64,000 nucleotides of DNA from an uncultured Chloroflexia bacterium. Its GTDB lineage: Bacteria; Chloroflexota; Anaerolineae; JAAYZQ01. A model generated the notes under the pieces. The model was not told the DNA's origin, searched no databases, and was given only the letters and a program-made list of their open reading frames with translations. Location: positions 736,001 to 800,000 of the forward strand of contig CAVOXA010000001.1 in the NCBI GenBank assembly GCA_963700285.1, given 5' to 3'. Shown piece after piece: positions 28,598-40,223 of this stretch. Each line of letters starts with the position of its first letter. Within the stretch, counting starts at the first letter, position 1. Position numbers and translations under genes: made by a program.

Positions 28598-29732
28598 GCC
28601 TCGGCTGAACGGTGGCTGCCGCACGAAGGCGGACCGTCTCATACTATACGACCTGACCTATGAGCAACTGGCCGAACTTCTCTCTGGCTGGGGTGAGCCT
28701 CGCTTCCGCACGGACCAGGTATGGCGCTGGCTCTATCGATCGCTGGCCGGCGATTTCGGAGCCATGGGCAATCTGCCGTCAGAGCTAAGGGCGCGCTTGG
28801 CCGCCGAAACTGAACTGCCTGTGCTGTTCCCGCTGGCGGAGCAGGTATCAGCCAGCGGACAGACGCGCAAGGCCCTGTTCCGGTTGGGCGATGGGAATAC
28901 CTTGGAAAGCGTTCTGATGCAGTACCATGACCGGCGGACGGCTTGCATCTCGACCCAGGTGGGTTGTGCCATGGGCTGCACCTTTTGTGCCACGGGGCAG
29001 GGCGGTTTGGCCCGAAACCTCTCGGCAGGCGAGATCGTGGCTCAGGTCCTATACCTCGCCAGGGCGGTACGGCAAGAGGAGCTGGAACGGGCGGAGGCAC
29101 TGGGACAGCGCAGTCAGATCCCCGATCACCCAGTGAGCAACATTGTCCTGATGGGCATGGGCGAGCCCTTGGCCAACTATCGTGCGACGTGGCAGGCTAT
29201 CGAAACCCTGACGGATCCTCGGGGCTATGACTTGGGAGCGCGGCGGATTACCCTCTCGACGGTGGGGCTGGTTCCCGGCATCCGGCGGTTGGCCGAGGAA
29301 GGCTTGGCCGTCAATCTGGCCGTGTCGCTTCACGCACCTAGCGATGACTTGCGAGACCAGCTTGTCGCTATCAATCGGCGCTATCCACTGTCCGAGCTGA
29401 TGGCGGCCGTTCGTGGGTATGCGGAGCGCACGCGGCGGCGGGTCACGGTTGAGTACGCGCTCATTGCTGGCGTCAACGATGCCCCTCAGCAGGCCCTCCA
29501 GCTGGCTGGGCTGCTGAGTGGCTTGTTGTGTCATGTGAATCTGATTCCGCTGAACCCGACGCCTGGTTCAGACCTGAGACCGTCGTCCCGGGATCAGGCG
29601 GATACTTTTCGTGACGTACTGGAAGGAGCTGGGATACCGACGACGGTGCGGATGCGGCGAGGTATCGATATTGAGGCTGGTTGCGGCCAGTTGCGCCAGC
29701 GTCAGGATGGCTCCCAGCTTGTTGGTGGATAA
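28590..29732 (+). CDS. rlmN: 23S rRNA m2A2503 methyltransferase RlmN
   Basis: [37 protein letters not shown]. Confidence 0.95.
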   Translation: MAEPRLNGGCRTKADRLILYDLTYEQLAELLSGWGEPRFRTDQVWRWLYRSLAGDFGAMGNLPSELRARLAAETELPVLFPLAEQVSASGQTRKALFRLGDGNTLESVLMQYHDRRTACISTQVGCAMGCTFCATGQGGLARNLSAGEIVAQVLYLARAVRQEELERAEALGQRSQIPDHPVSNIVLMGMGEPLANYRATWQAIETLTDPRGYDLGARRITLSTVGLVPGIRRLAEEGLAVNLAVSLHAPSDDLRDQLVAINRRYPLSELMAAVRGYAERTRRRVTVEYALIAGVNDAPQQALQLAGLLSGLLCHVNLIPLNPTPGSDLRPSSRDQADTFRDVLEGAGIPTTVRMRRGIDIEAGCGQLRQRQDGSQLVGG

Positions 29733-29773
29733 CAGTCTAAGGCCAGAATTGCGGCAACTCTCTGCTCGAGCAC

Positions 29774-29802
29774 TTGCATTTTTGCTCAAAAGCGGGTATG
29801 AT
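29774..29802 (+). promoter_or_regulatory. sigma70-like promoter of rpe
   Basis: TTGCAT-17 nt-TATGAT. Confidence 0.5.
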
Positions 29803-29816
29803 ATCGTTGATTCCAT

Positions 29817-30500
29817 TTGGAGCGCATTGTGACTAGACGTAAGGTCAAGATTGCACCATCCATTCTGTCTGCAGACTTTGCCCGTCTCGGCGAGCAAGTA
29901 GCCGAGGCGGAGGCCGCAGGCGGCGACTATATCCACGTAGATGTGATGGATGGCCATTTTGTACCCAACATCACTATCGGTCCGCTGGTAGTCAAGGCCG
30001 TGCGTCGCTCTACGCACCTGCCAGTGGATGTGCATTTGATGATCGAGACGCCGGAGCGTTACCTGGCTGACTTCTGTGCCGCTGGCGCCGACAACCTGAC
30101 GGTACATGTGGAGACCTGTCCTCACTTGCACCGGACGATCCACCAGATCAAGGAACTGGGCTGCCGAGCTGGGGTAGTACTCAACCCCTCTACGCCGGTG
30201 GTCGCCCTTGAAGAGATCATTCCAGACGTTGATCTGGTTCTGGTGATGACAGTGAATCCCGGCTTCGGAGGTCAGGTGTTCATCGAAGGAATGCTGTCCA
30301 AGATCCAGCGGGTACGGGCGATGCTGGATGAACAGGGCTCTGAAGCAGAGATTGAGGTCGATGGGGGCATAGATCCAAAGACGGCAGCCCGCGTGGCTGC
30401 AGCCGGGGCGACGGTACTGGTGGCCGGGTCTGCGATATTCGGCGCGCAGGAGGGTATCGCGGAAGCGATCTCTTGCATTCGGGCAGCCGCTGCAGGATAG
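29817..30500 (+). CDS. rpe: ribulose-phosphate 3-epimerase
   Basis: [38 protein letters not shown]. Confidence 0.96.
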   Translation: MERIVTRRKVKIAPSILSADFARLGEQVAEAEAAGGDYIHVDVMDGHFVPNITIGPLVVKAVRRSTHLPVDVHLMIETPERYLADFCAAGADNLTVHVETCPHLHRTIHQIKELGCRAGVVLNPSTPVVALEEIIPDVDLVLVMTVNPGFGGQVFIEGMLSKIQRVRAMLDEQGSEAEIEVDGGIDPKTAARVAAAGATVLVAGSAIFGAQEGIAEAISCIRAAAAG

Positions 30501-30564
30501 GTGTCAGTTTTGAGAGCGTTTGCTTCCGCGCCGGGCGTCGCGCTCCGGATTGACACGGCGCACA

Positions 30565-30602
30565 ACAAAGGCCAGATCTGGAATGCTACGCCAGAACTGG
30601 CC
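30565..30602 (-). terminator. intrinsic terminator after rpmB
   Basis: Minus strand GGCCAGTTCTGG...CCAGATCTGGCC followed by TTTGTTG. Confidence 0.55.
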
Positions 30603-30625
30603 CAGGTGGAAAATCAGAGGGGGAA

Positions 30626-30805
30626 CTAGGATTTGCTAAGCGTACGCAGACAGCGGGTACAGACCTTCATTTTGAGGTGCTTTCCATCTTGGTAGACGGT
30701 AACCTTCTGGATATTTGGCTTCCACTGCCGCTTGGTCCTGACGTTGGAGTGGCTGACACTATGCCCGAAGGATGGAGTCTTGCCACATATCTCACACTTG
30801 GCCAT
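30626..30805 (-). CDS. rpmB: 50S ribosomal protein L28 (absent from ORF track, 59 aa)
   Basis: Manual translation [59 protein letters not shown]; SD AGGAG. Confidence 0.96.
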   Translation of the reverse strand: MAKCEICGKTPSFGHSVSHSNVRTKRQWKPNIQKVTVYQDGKHLKMKVCTRCLRTLSKS

Positions 30806-30957
30806 GATTGCATCTCTCCTACATAGATAGAGCCAGCTAACACGACAGCTGGCCCCGAAAGGTCCGTTTGTGGAACTATGTTACCACAAGCCAGATTTTT
30901 TCGCAAACCAGGTGTGGTCTGGTGCACACAGTGTGACGGGAAAAGGTGGGTTGACTA

Positions 30958-31308
30958 ATGGAAGTAACTAGGCTGGGCAGGATTGAAGTGTCGCCCACGG
31001 CCATTGGCAGTCTCGCCAGTCAGGCCGTACTGGAATGCTATGGCGTCGTGGGCATGGCGACCAAGGATCTGGCTAGTGGCATCGTCGAGATCCTACAGCC
31101 TGCCAGTCACCGGCGTGGTGTAGATGTTCACCTGGACGATGATGACCTCGTGATAGACCTTTACGTTGTAATGGAGTATGGGACGCGTATCGCGGTCGTG
31201 GCCCGGAACATTCAGAGCACAGTCAAGTATGCAGTGGAGAAGGCATTGAGTGCTCCGGTGGCCACGGTGAACGTGCATGTACAGGATCTGCGGGTCAGTG
31301 GCGACTGA
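30958..31308 (+). CDS. Asp23/Gls24 family protein (YloU-like)
   Basis: ECYGVVGM, IDLYVVMEYG, VNVHVQ; precedes the DAK2 gene. Confidence 0.9.
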   Translation: MEVTRLGRIEVSPTAIGSLASQAVLECYGVVGMATKDLASGIVEILQPASHRRGVDVHLDDDDLVIDLYVVMEYGTRIAVVARNIQSTVKYAVEKALSAPVATVNVHVQDLRVSGD

Positions 31309-31372
31309 CCTGGAACTGGACCCATGATGGTACCAGACTTCCACTGCCAAAAATAGCCAGGAGGCAGAGGCT

Positions 31373-33073
31373 TTGACCAACGAGCTGAAAATCACGGACG
31401 ACCTGATGGCAGAACCGAGACCTGATGCTGCCGCGTCCGCAGGTGGTAGCGATGGTGGTATCCCCCTCTGCGACGGTCGGGGGTTCAAGCTTCTGATGAG
31501 ATCGGGCCTGGCCTGGTTGGAACGCCACCAGGAAGCCATCAATACTCTGAATGTCTATCCCGTGCCCGATGGCGATACTGGCACCAATATGCTGCTGACG
31601 ATGCAGTCAGCCTACAAGGAGATCCAGGAATCACCGGAAGAGGAGGTATGTGTCATTGCCCAAAAGGTGGCGCACGGAGCCCTGATGGGAGCCAGGGGTA
31701 ATTCGGGTGTCATCTTGTCGCAGATCTTCCGAGGTTTTGCCCGGGATCTTGAAGGTGTAGATGCCTTTGGTACGATTCAGTTTGCCTCTGCGCTCCAGGA
31801 AGCGGCCAGGACTGCCTACAAGGGTGTGATCAAGCCGGTAGAGGGCACGATCTTGACGGTAGTACGCGAAGCGGCAGATGCATCAGTCCTCGCTGCTGCC
31901 AGCAGCGGGGATCTGCGCTACGTTCTGGAACAGGTAGTCAACGAAGCCCGTGACTCGGTGACGCGAACTCCAAGCTTGCTCCAGGTACTGGCCGATGCTG
32001 GCGTGGTAGATGCTGGCGGGCAGGGCCTGCTTGTCATTCTGGAAGGAATGCTCCGCTACGCCCAAGGTGAGCCGGTGAGCATGGATACCGAGCTGGAGGC
32101 GGCTGTGGATCTCCAGCCGTTCCACCTTGAGGCCGAAGAAGGCTACGGCTATGACATTCAGTTCATCATCCGGGGCCAGGGGTTAAATGTCGAGGAGATC
32201 CGCGAGACGATTGCCTCGATGGGGGACTCGGCGCTGGTGGTCGGCGATTCCGCCGCCGTAAAGGTACACGTACATTCCCCGGAGCCGGGCACGCCGATCA
32301 ACTATGGGGCTGGCTTGGGTGCGCTCAGTCGTGTCATCGTTGAGAACATGCAGGAGCAGTACCAGGAATTCATCCTGAGCAAGGCCAAGCGGCCACCAGC
32401 TCCGGTAGAACCCTTGGGTGGTGTTGGCACGGTGGTCGTTGCGCCTGGGCAGGGGTTGGCACAGGTGTTTAAAAGCCTGGGGGCAAGTGTCGTGGTTTCT
32501 GGCGGCCAGACGATGAATCCCAGTACCGAAGATCTGCTCAGTGCGGTGGAAAGCGTACCGAGTGACGATGTGATTATCCTGCCCAATAACAAGAACATCG
32601 TCATGGCTGCCGAGCAGGCCAGTGCTCTGTCCGGAAAGAATGTGCGCGTGGTGCGGACGATCACGGTGCCACAGGGGGTCAGTGCCTTGCTGGCACTGAA
32701 CTATCAGGCCGATCTGGACACCAATGTCAGAGTGATGGCCGATGCAGCCAGGGCCATCGAGACGATAGAGATCACAAGGGCAGTGCGGTCGGTACAGGTT
32801 GATGGCATCCGCGTGAAAGAGGGCGAAGTGATTGGGCTTGTGAATGGAGTTCTAAAGGCCAAGGGTGACTCACCCAATGAGGTGAGCAAGATGGCCCTGC
32901 GCGAGATATCCGCCGACGAACTTGAGATCATTACGATCTACTATGGCGAGTCGGTTACAGAGGATGAGGCTCAGCAGCTGGCCGGTGAATTGGAGACGCT
33001 GTTCCCGGACCAAGAGGTCGAGGTTGTGGATGGCGGCCAGCCCTACTATTACTATATTCTATCTGCGGAGTAG
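31373..33073 (+). CDS. DAK2-domain fatty acid kinase subunit A (FakA/YloV)
   Basis: LNVYPVPDGDTGTNM, GARGNSGVILSQ, GVVDAGG, GGQTMNPS, GGQPYY. Confidence 0.93.
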   Translation: MTNELKITDDLMAEPRPDAAASAGGSDGGIPLCDGRGFKLLMRSGLAWLERHQEAINTLNVYPVPDGDTGTNMLLTMQSAYKEIQESPEEEVCVIAQKVAHGALMGARGNSGVILSQIFRGFARDLEGVDAFGTIQFASALQEAARTAYKGVIKPVEGTILTVVREAADASVLAAASSGDLRYVLEQVVNEARDSVTRTPSLLQVLADAGVVDAGGQGLLVILEGMLRYAQGEPVSMDTELEAAVDLQPFHLEAEEGYGYDIQFIIRGQGLNVEEIRETIASMGDSALVVGDSAAVKVHVHSPEPGTPINYGAGLGALSRVIVENMQEQYQEFILSKAKRPPAPVEPLGGVGTVVVAPGQGLAQVFKSLGASVVVSGGQTMNPSTEDLLSAVESVPSDDVIILPNNKNIVMAAEQASALSGKNVRVVRTITVPQGVSALLALNYQADLDTNVRVMADAARAIETIEITRAVRSVQVDGIRVKEGEVIGLVNGVLKAKGDSPNEVSKMALREISADELEIITIYYGESVTEDEAQQLAGELETLFPDQEVEVVDGGQPYYYYILSAE

Positions 33074-33115
33074 TGGCGGTCAAGGCTCACGCAGTACCCC
33101 GGAGGCACGATGTAA

Positions 33116-33970
33116 ATGGCAAAAGTGCGCATCATCACCGACGCCACAGTCCATCTGAATTCAGACATCATTGACAAGTACCAGATCACAGTCTTGCCAA
33201 TCGAGATCCTGTTCGGCAACGAGATCTTTGTCATTGGGCGCAAAGACAGCCCGGCCAAGCTTTTTTCGAGAATGATCGATGGGCCGGCTGATGTGATGCG
33301 GGCCTCGATCTCGCCCCAATCCATCCGGGCAGCCTATCGGGCCTTGACTGCGGAAACGGACGAGATCCTGGTTGTTGTGAGTTCACGAGCCTTGAGCCAG
33401 GTCTACGATGTGGCCTTGGCTGAGGCTCAGACCTATCTGGGCCGATGCCGGATTGTGGTGGCGGATTCAGAGTCTACATCGTGGGGATTGGGTCTGGTCG
33501 TAGAGGCTGCAGCTCGGGCAGCGGAAGGGGGGCAGTCCCTCGATCAGATCATTCGGCTGGTACGAGGGGTACTGCCTCACATCTATCTAGTTCTCATTGT
33601 CGATCGCCTGGATTACCTGGAGAAAGGAAGCCGCATCGGTCCGGCTCAGGCTCTGCTGGGCAGTATGCTACGCATCAAGCCCCTGTTGATTGTGGAAGAT
33701 GGGGATGTCATTCCGATGGAAAAGGTACGCACGCGCGCCATGGCGATTGAAAAGCTGGTTGAGTTTGTGGCCGAATTCGCCGTGGTTGAGCAGGTGGTAA
33801 TCTTGCGAAGCCAGTCTGGGAATGATATGGATGAGCTGACGGACGAATTGTGCGAGCGACTGGGCGAGGTGTTGCCGGGCTTTGAGTTTCCAGCCATCGA
33901 GTACGATCCGGTGCTGGCCTGCCACGTGGGTCCAGAGGCTATGGGCGTGATCGTTTACGAAGGTTTATGA
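33116..33970 (+). CDS. DegV family protein (FakB-like)
   Basis: IITD, LDYLEKGSRIG, LRIKP, CHVGP motifs. Confidence 0.9.
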   Translation: MAKVRIITDATVHLNSDIIDKYQITVLPIEILFGNEIFVIGRKDSPAKLFSRMIDGPADVMRASISPQSIRAAYRALTAETDEILVVVSSRALSQVYDVALAEAQTYLGRCRIVVADSESTSWGLGLVVEAAARAAEGGQSLDQIIRLVRGVLPHIYLVLIVDRLDYLEKGSRIGPAQALLGSMLRIKPLLIVEDGDVIPMEKVRTRAMAIEKLVEFVAEFAVVEQVVILRSQSGNDMDELTDELCERLGEVLPGFEFPAIEYDPVLACHVGPEAMGVIVYEGL

Positions 33971-34004
33971 TTGGTCGATACGCACTGTTCATGGATGGCC
34001 GACC

Positions 34005-34306
34005 ATGGTCAGAATTGTCACCGATAGCACGGCGGACCTGCCGGCTGGTGTGGCAGCAGCGCTTGGTATCACCGTGGTACCCTGCTATGTCGTCTTTGGG
34101 ACTGAGACCTATCGGGATGGCGTAGAACTGACAGTGCAGCAATTCTACGGGAAGCTCGCTGGGTCGAGCGTGATTCCTACGACTGCCGCACCGCCACCCG
34201 CTGTTTACGAAGAGGCTTATTGCCAGCTAGCCAAGGAGCAGGTGTGACGATCGCCAGCCACGCAGGACCGGGAGCGGTAGGCATTGCCTGCGTCGCAGCG
34301 GAGTGA
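34005..34306 (+). pseudogene. DegV family gene with large internal deletion
   Basis: N-terminus IVTDSTADL...PTTAAP is joined at ~34240 to the DegV C-terminus GVTIASHAGPGAVGIACVAAE* in a shifted frame. Confidence 0.8.
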
Positions 34307-34382
34307 CAGAGCTAGGCTACGCCAGGGTACGACGGCAGGCCGGGACAGAGCAGCGTAAATCGGAATTTGGTTCGGAGGCAGA

Positions 34383-36883
34383 ATGCTGGCAGCTTTTGAC
34401 AAGCTGGACAAGATACTCAGACTGGAACAGAGCCAGGGTTATCGCAACCGCTCTGTGATCGGCGGACTGGACAAGTTTGCGGTACTCTGGCGGGATGAGG
34501 CTCAATCAGAATCGCAAGACGATGTGCAGATCAGCCAGATTGCCAAGATCTCCGATCTGTTGGCTGGCTATTCTCAAGCCGACCAGCCAAAGCGCCAAGA
34601 GTCGGTGGAGAGTATTCTGGGCCTGCTCCAGGAGGCGCCGGGCGATTCTCCACTCCGCAAGCCGCCTCTGCGCAAGCCGGGCTCGACTGCCACCCAGTCT
34701 CCGGCCGAGTCGCCTGCGGCTCCCGAGCCCCAGGGCGCACCACGGCCTGTCAAGGAGACCTCGGACGCGCCCTCCGGACCCCTTGAGCCTCCTGCCTCGG
34801 GACTGCAGGCGCCGGTTACCAGCCTGCCTGGGATCAGCGCAGCATACTCGGCCCGCCTTGCGCGTCTGGGGATTTCTACCGTGCGTGACCTACTATACCA
34901 CATTCCCCATCGCTACGATGACTATCGCACACTGAAACCAATTAACCGGCTGGAGTACGGGGACGAGACGACCGTGGTTGGCACGATCTGGGAAACCACC
35001 AGTCGCAAGATACGGGGAGGCAGCACACTTGTTAGCAGCATCGTGGCCGATGCTTCGGGCACTATCGAAGCGGTCTGGTTCAACCAGCCTTACCTGGTCG
35101 GCCAACTGCGTGCAGGGAGGCAGATCGTTCTGAGCGGGAAGGTAGACGAGTACCTGGGGCGCCTGATGCTGCAATCACCCGTTTGGGAGCCGCTGGAGAA
35201 GGAATTGATTCATACAGGCCGCTTGGTGCCCATCTACCCCTTGACGAGTGGTATCACGTCCCGTTGGATGCGGCGGCTCATTAAGCGCGTTGTGGATCAC
35301 TGGGCTCCGCGTCTGGAGGATCACCTGCCCGCGCAGATCCGCAAGAGGGCGGATCTGATAGAACTTTCTGCTGCCCTCCGGCAGATCCACTTTCCGGACA
35401 GTGAGGCGACGGCTGCGGAGGCTCGCCACAGGTTGTCTTTTGACGAGTTCCTGTTTATCCAACTGGGGATGCTGCGCCAGCGTCAGGAATGGCAGAACCA
35501 GGCTGGGACGCCCATTCCACGCAATCAGCGATTACTGGACGCTTTCCTGGGTTCGCTGCCATTTCAACTGACCCCCGCCCAACAGCGCAGCCTCGATCAG
35601 ATATTGGTCGATATAGCTCAGATCACAGCCAATGAGCCGTCTGCTGCAGGGAGACGTGGGCTCGGGCAAGACGGTGGTTGCGACGGCGGCCATGCTGATG
35701 GCTGTTGCGGCCGGCAGACAGTCAGCCCTGATGGCTCCCACCGAGATCCTGGCCGAACAGCACTACCGGACCATAACAGAACTGGTGGCCCATGCTGAGG
35801 ACTGGGGCCTCGAAGGTCCCCTGTCGGTGGTACTGCTCACAGGCAGCCTTCGCCGTGTGGAGCGTGGCAAGGCATATGCGGCTCTGGCCTCGGGCCAGAC
35901 AGACATCGTTGTCGGTACCCACGCCCTGATCCAGAAGCATGTTACGTTCAAAGATCTAGGCTTGGCCATTGTGGACGAGCAACACCGTTTTGGTGTGACC
36001 CAACGCACTAGCCTGCGCGGAAAGGGGGCATCTCCCCACGTACTGGTCATGAGCGCCACGCCTATCCCCCGCAGCCTGGCGCTGACGGTCTACGGTGATC
36101 TGGAGGTCTCGGTGATTGACGAACTGCCTCCCGGCCGCCAGCCCATCGAAACCCGCTGGCTTCTACCCAAGGAACGGGAGCGTGCCTACGCCTTTCTGCG
36201 CAGCCAGGTCGAAAAGGGCCGCCAGGCTTTCATCCTGTACCCCCTTGTCGAGGAGTCGGAAAAGGTTGAGGCCAGGGCCGCAGTGGAGGAGTACGAACGG
36301 CTGCAGCAGACCGTGTTCCCAGACCTTCGGCTGGGATTGCTCCACGGCCGCATGAAGGCGCAGGGAAAAGGAGCGGGTGATGGTCGATTTCCACGAGGGC
36401 GAACTAGACATCCTGGTGTCCACCTCGGTGATAGAGGTCGGCATCGATGTACCAAATGCTACTGTCATGCTCATCGAGGGCGCCGACCGTTTCGGCTTGG
36501 CCCAATTGCACCAGTTCCGAGGCCGGGTTGGCCGAGGCTCACACCAATCGTACTGCTTGCTGCTCTCCGATACGGCTTCTCCGCACGATCCTACAACCAA
36601 GGCCACGTGGGAGCGGCTAAAGGCCATCGAAGACACGCAGGATGGATTCGTTCTGGCCGAAAAGGACCTGGAGCTTCGCGGACCCGGGGACTTTTTCGGG
36701 GTACGGCAGAGCGGGCTGCCCGCACTGCGCCTGGCCAGCCTGAGCAATGTCCAGATCTTGGAGCAGGCGCGCACCGAGGCGCAATCCCTATTCGAGGACG
36801 ATCCGACGCTGAGCATGCCAGAAAACCAAGCGTTGGCCGAGCAGGTATCGCATTTCTGGCAAGCGGTAGGGGAGCCAAATTAG
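34383..36883 (+). CDS. recG: ATP-dependent DNA helicase RecG (frameshifts near 35620 and 36365)
   Basis: [49 protein letters not shown] across three frames. Confidence 0.93.
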
Positions 36884-36903
36884 ACTCCCTGCGGAGACCA
36901 TTC

Positions 36904-37457
36904 ATGTCCAAATCAACCAGAGTTGTGCCATTTACCCAGGCACTTTTGACCCGGTGCACAATGGCCACATCGACATCGTTGCACGCGCTTCCAAGCTGTT
37001 TGATCATCTGACGGTTGCGATCTATGCCCGGCCACTCAAGAATCTGTTGTTCACCACGGAAGAGCGTAAGGCCATGATGGAAGATGCCTTGTGCGATATC
37101 CCAAACGTCAGTGTTGCAACCTATCGCCAATTGACCGTGGAGTTTGCCCGGCAGGCTGGTGCCCAGGTCATCGTCCGCGGCCTTCGGGTGATTTCTGACT
37201 TTGAGTTGGAGTTCCAGATGGCGCTGACCAACAAAAAACTGGCGCCAGACATCGAGTTCGTGTGTCTGATGACGAGCCAGGAGTATGCCTTTCTTAGCGC
37301 CAGTACGGTCAAAGAGATTGCCATGTTGGGGGGCTGTGTTGATAGCATGGTGCCTCCCCACGTGGCAGACGCGATGAGCGCCAAGTTCGAAGGGCCAGCC
37401 AGCGCCGACGACGAAAGTGTGAAGCTTGGTCTCACTACGAGACTAGGCTCAGCGTAG
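36904..37457 (+). CDS. coaD: phosphopantetheine adenylyltransferase (frameshift near 36925)
   Basis: AIYPGTFDPVHNGH, RGLRVISDFELEFQMA, LSASTVKEIA. Confidence 0.93.
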
Positions 37458-37486
37458 CCAAACCAAGAAGAAAGGAGGCGATTCCC

Positions 37487-38027
37487 ATTAGCGACATCTA
37501 TCACCTAATCGATCGATTGGAACGGCTGCTGAACGATAGCTGACGCAGGTGCCCTTGAGCGCATACCTGATTATCAATGAAGGAGACTTCCTGGACATCA
37601 TTGACCAGATGCGCACAGCCATTCCGCAGGAGGTCAAGCGGGGGGAGAGAGTCCAACAGGAGCGGGACCGGATCATCGCTCAGGCAGAGGAAGAGGCCGG
37701 GAGCGATCGTGGAACTGGGGCAAGGAGGAGGCGGCCAGACTGGCTGATGAGCATGAAGTCATCCAGGCCGCGAACCAGAGAGCCCAGACGATCCTCGAAC
37801 GCGCCCAGCGCGAAGCCGAAGGGCTCAAGAGTGAGGCCGACAAGTACGCGCAAGGCGTCCTCATCTCTCTCGATGAACAACTCGGGGTACTGGATGGGCA
37901 GATCGAAGGCCTGCTGACGACGGTACGAAACGGCCTAAGGAGACTTTCGCAGTCCGAAGGCCCTGCGCCTGTGCATAGACCCGTACAAGTGGAAGAGCCT
38001 GCTACTTTACTGGAAGCCGGATCCTAA
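37487..38027 (+). CDS. conserved coiled-coil protein (DivIVA/ATPase-subunit-like) downstream of coaD; several indels, start uncertain
   Basis: HLIDRLERLL, DFLDIIDQMRTAIPQEVK, ADKYAQGVL..LDEQL, VRNGL segments in different frames. Confidence 0.6.
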
Positions 38028-38121
38028 CACTGGTTTGCACGCAGATCGCAACAACGTCCGCGAATGACATGGCCGTGCCTGGTGGGGAGTGCGGGTCAGC
38101 CTGCCCTGCCGCGTCTATGTC

Positions 38122-38150
38122 TTGACACGTGACCTACTCTGGCCTATAAT
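38122..38150 (+). promoter_or_regulatory. consensus sigma70 promoter of yceD-rpmF
   Basis: Exact TTGACA-17 nt-TATAAT. Confidence 0.85.
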
Positions 38151-38177
38151 TGGGCCGACCAATGGTCGGGGATAGAC

Positions 38178-38808
38178 ATGCGTTACAACGTTGCCCAACT
38201 GCTCAAGGGGCCGATCGGCGGACGCCGAGAATACGATCTGAACGAAGAAGTGAGCTGGCTGGATGCGGAGTTGGAGCTCATTCGCCCGCTGACTGGTTCG
38301 GTGACGTTGATGCGTACGAGCCAGGGGATCCTGGTCGCAGGGCAATTGCGGACTGTGCTCCGAGGGACGTGCCGGCGCTGCCTCGAGCCGTGCGACCTGG
38401 CGGCTGAACTTGATCTGGAAGAAGAGTTCTATCCTGCCGTACACATTGGCCAAGGCTCCGCTGGACGAGGTGCCTGACGAGGACGAGGACGAGGCCCTGC
38501 TGATTGACGAGCACCATGTCCTTGATCTGAGCGAGGTGATCCGCCAAGGCCTGTTGCTGGTTGACCCAAGGCAGACTTTGTGCCGTCCCGATTGTGCGGG
38601 GCTGTGCCCGCGCTGCGGCGGAAATCGCAACCTGGGGGAGTGCAATTGCGACGAGGGTCTGAGGGATCCGCGCTGGGCGGCGCTGCAGACGTTGCTATCG
38701 AATCCATCGGATTCGGTAGGAAAGGAGCGACTAAGCCAGTGGGAGCATTACCAAAACACAAACTGGGCAAAGGCCGCAAGGGTCGCCGGCGCAGCCACCA
38801 CGCGCTAA
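38178..38808 (+). CDS. yceD: YceD/DUF177 family protein (frameshift near 38460; true stop probably near 38720)
   Basis: [43 protein letters not shown]. Confidence 0.85.
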
Positions 38809-38925
38809 AGGCCCGAAACTTGATCCCTTGTCCCAAGTGCCACGAATTGCGTTTGCCTCACCAGGTCTGTCCCGTCGTGCGGCAGCTACAAGGGCATTGA
38901 GGTTATCGAAATCAAGTGTGAATAG
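38739..38925 (+). CDS. rpmF: 50S ribosomal protein L32 (frameshift near 38871)
   Basis: [19 protein letters not shown]...CPKC...LPHQVCP then SCGSYKG; SD AAGGAG. Confidence 0.92.
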
Positions 38926-39052
38926 TACGGGCAGACATTGCTCGGCGGTATCTGCGTTCTGGGATAGAGAGAGGCCGTGTCAGGTATTCAGGCACACGGC
39001 CCTTGTTTTGCCGGTAGCGCACAGCCAGCGATGACACTATCAGGAGGTCACA

Positions 39053-40197
39053 GTGATTGATTTCTCTTTAGTCCGACGACCTGTTGGAGATCCAGACCAG
39101 GGCACGCGAGTTCGCCCAGGGAAGAGATTCTGCCCATTGCCGCCGAGTACGACCGCAAGGCCGAGGTGCCGCCTGGCATCGTGGCCAAGGCCAAGGCAGC
39201 GGGGCTGCTCAACGTCACCATTCCCAAGGAATATGGGGGCATGGGCTATGGTGCGCTTGAAAGCGCCATCATCGCCGAAGAGTTGGGTGCGGCCTGTGCT
39301 GGCATCAGCATCACCATCCTGGTCAATGGCCTGGCTCTGACGCCAATCCAGCTCTTTGGCAGCGAGGAGCAGAAGAAGAAATTCCTTCGTCCCGTCGCCG
39401 AGGGCGGCCAAGCTGGCAGCCTTTTGTCTGACGGAGCGTGACGCAGGTTCCGACGCGAGTGCGATCCAGACTACGGCCCTGCCTGACGGCGATGACTTTG
39501 TCATCAACGGGCAAAAGTGCTTTATCACCAGCGGCGGTCTGGCCGATATCATGACCGTCTTTGCCCTGACCGATCCGGATCGCGGGCCCCGAGGCGTGTC
39601 GGCCATCGTCGTGCCGGCGGACACACCCGGCATCCAGGTGACCAAGGTCGAGGACAAGATGGGGCAAAGGGCGTCGAACACGGTGGAACTAACCTTTGAG
39701 AACGTGCGCGTTCCCCAGGCGAACCTGTTGGGCAAGCGGGGTCGGGGCTTTCCCATCGCCCTACAGACACTGGACTTTGGCCGGTCCGGCGTGGCTGCCT
39801 TGAGCGTCGGTGTGGCCCGGGCGGCCCTAGAATATGCCGTCGCCTATGCCAAAGAGCGCCAGCAGTTTGGCGCACCCATCAATCACCAACCAGGGCGTCT
39901 CCTTCATGCTGGCCGACATGGCCATGAAGGTCGAGGCTGCACGGCTGCTCACCTGGCAGGCGGCCTGGTACGCAGACCAAGGGCGTCAAGGCCACCGACA
40001 AGTCGGCCATGGCCAAATGCTTTGCCTCGGATACGGCGATGGAGGTGACGACCAACGCGGTACAGATTTTTGGCGGCTATGGCTACATGAAGGACTATCC
40101 CGTCGAGAAGCTGATGCGCGATGCCAAGCTGCTCCAGATCTACGAGGGCACCAACCAGATCCAGCGGATGGTGATCGCCCGGCAGTTGGGCAAGTGA
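39053..40197 (+). CDS. acyl-CoA dehydrogenase (multiple frameshifts)
   Basis: [69 protein letters not shown]. Confidence 0.9.
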
Positions 40198-40223
40198 GGG
40201 ATCGGAGCTAAAGGGACGACGAT

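Noticed and set aside
30667-30927. 86-aa minus-strand ORF
   Set aside because: Overlaps the true rpmB in another frame
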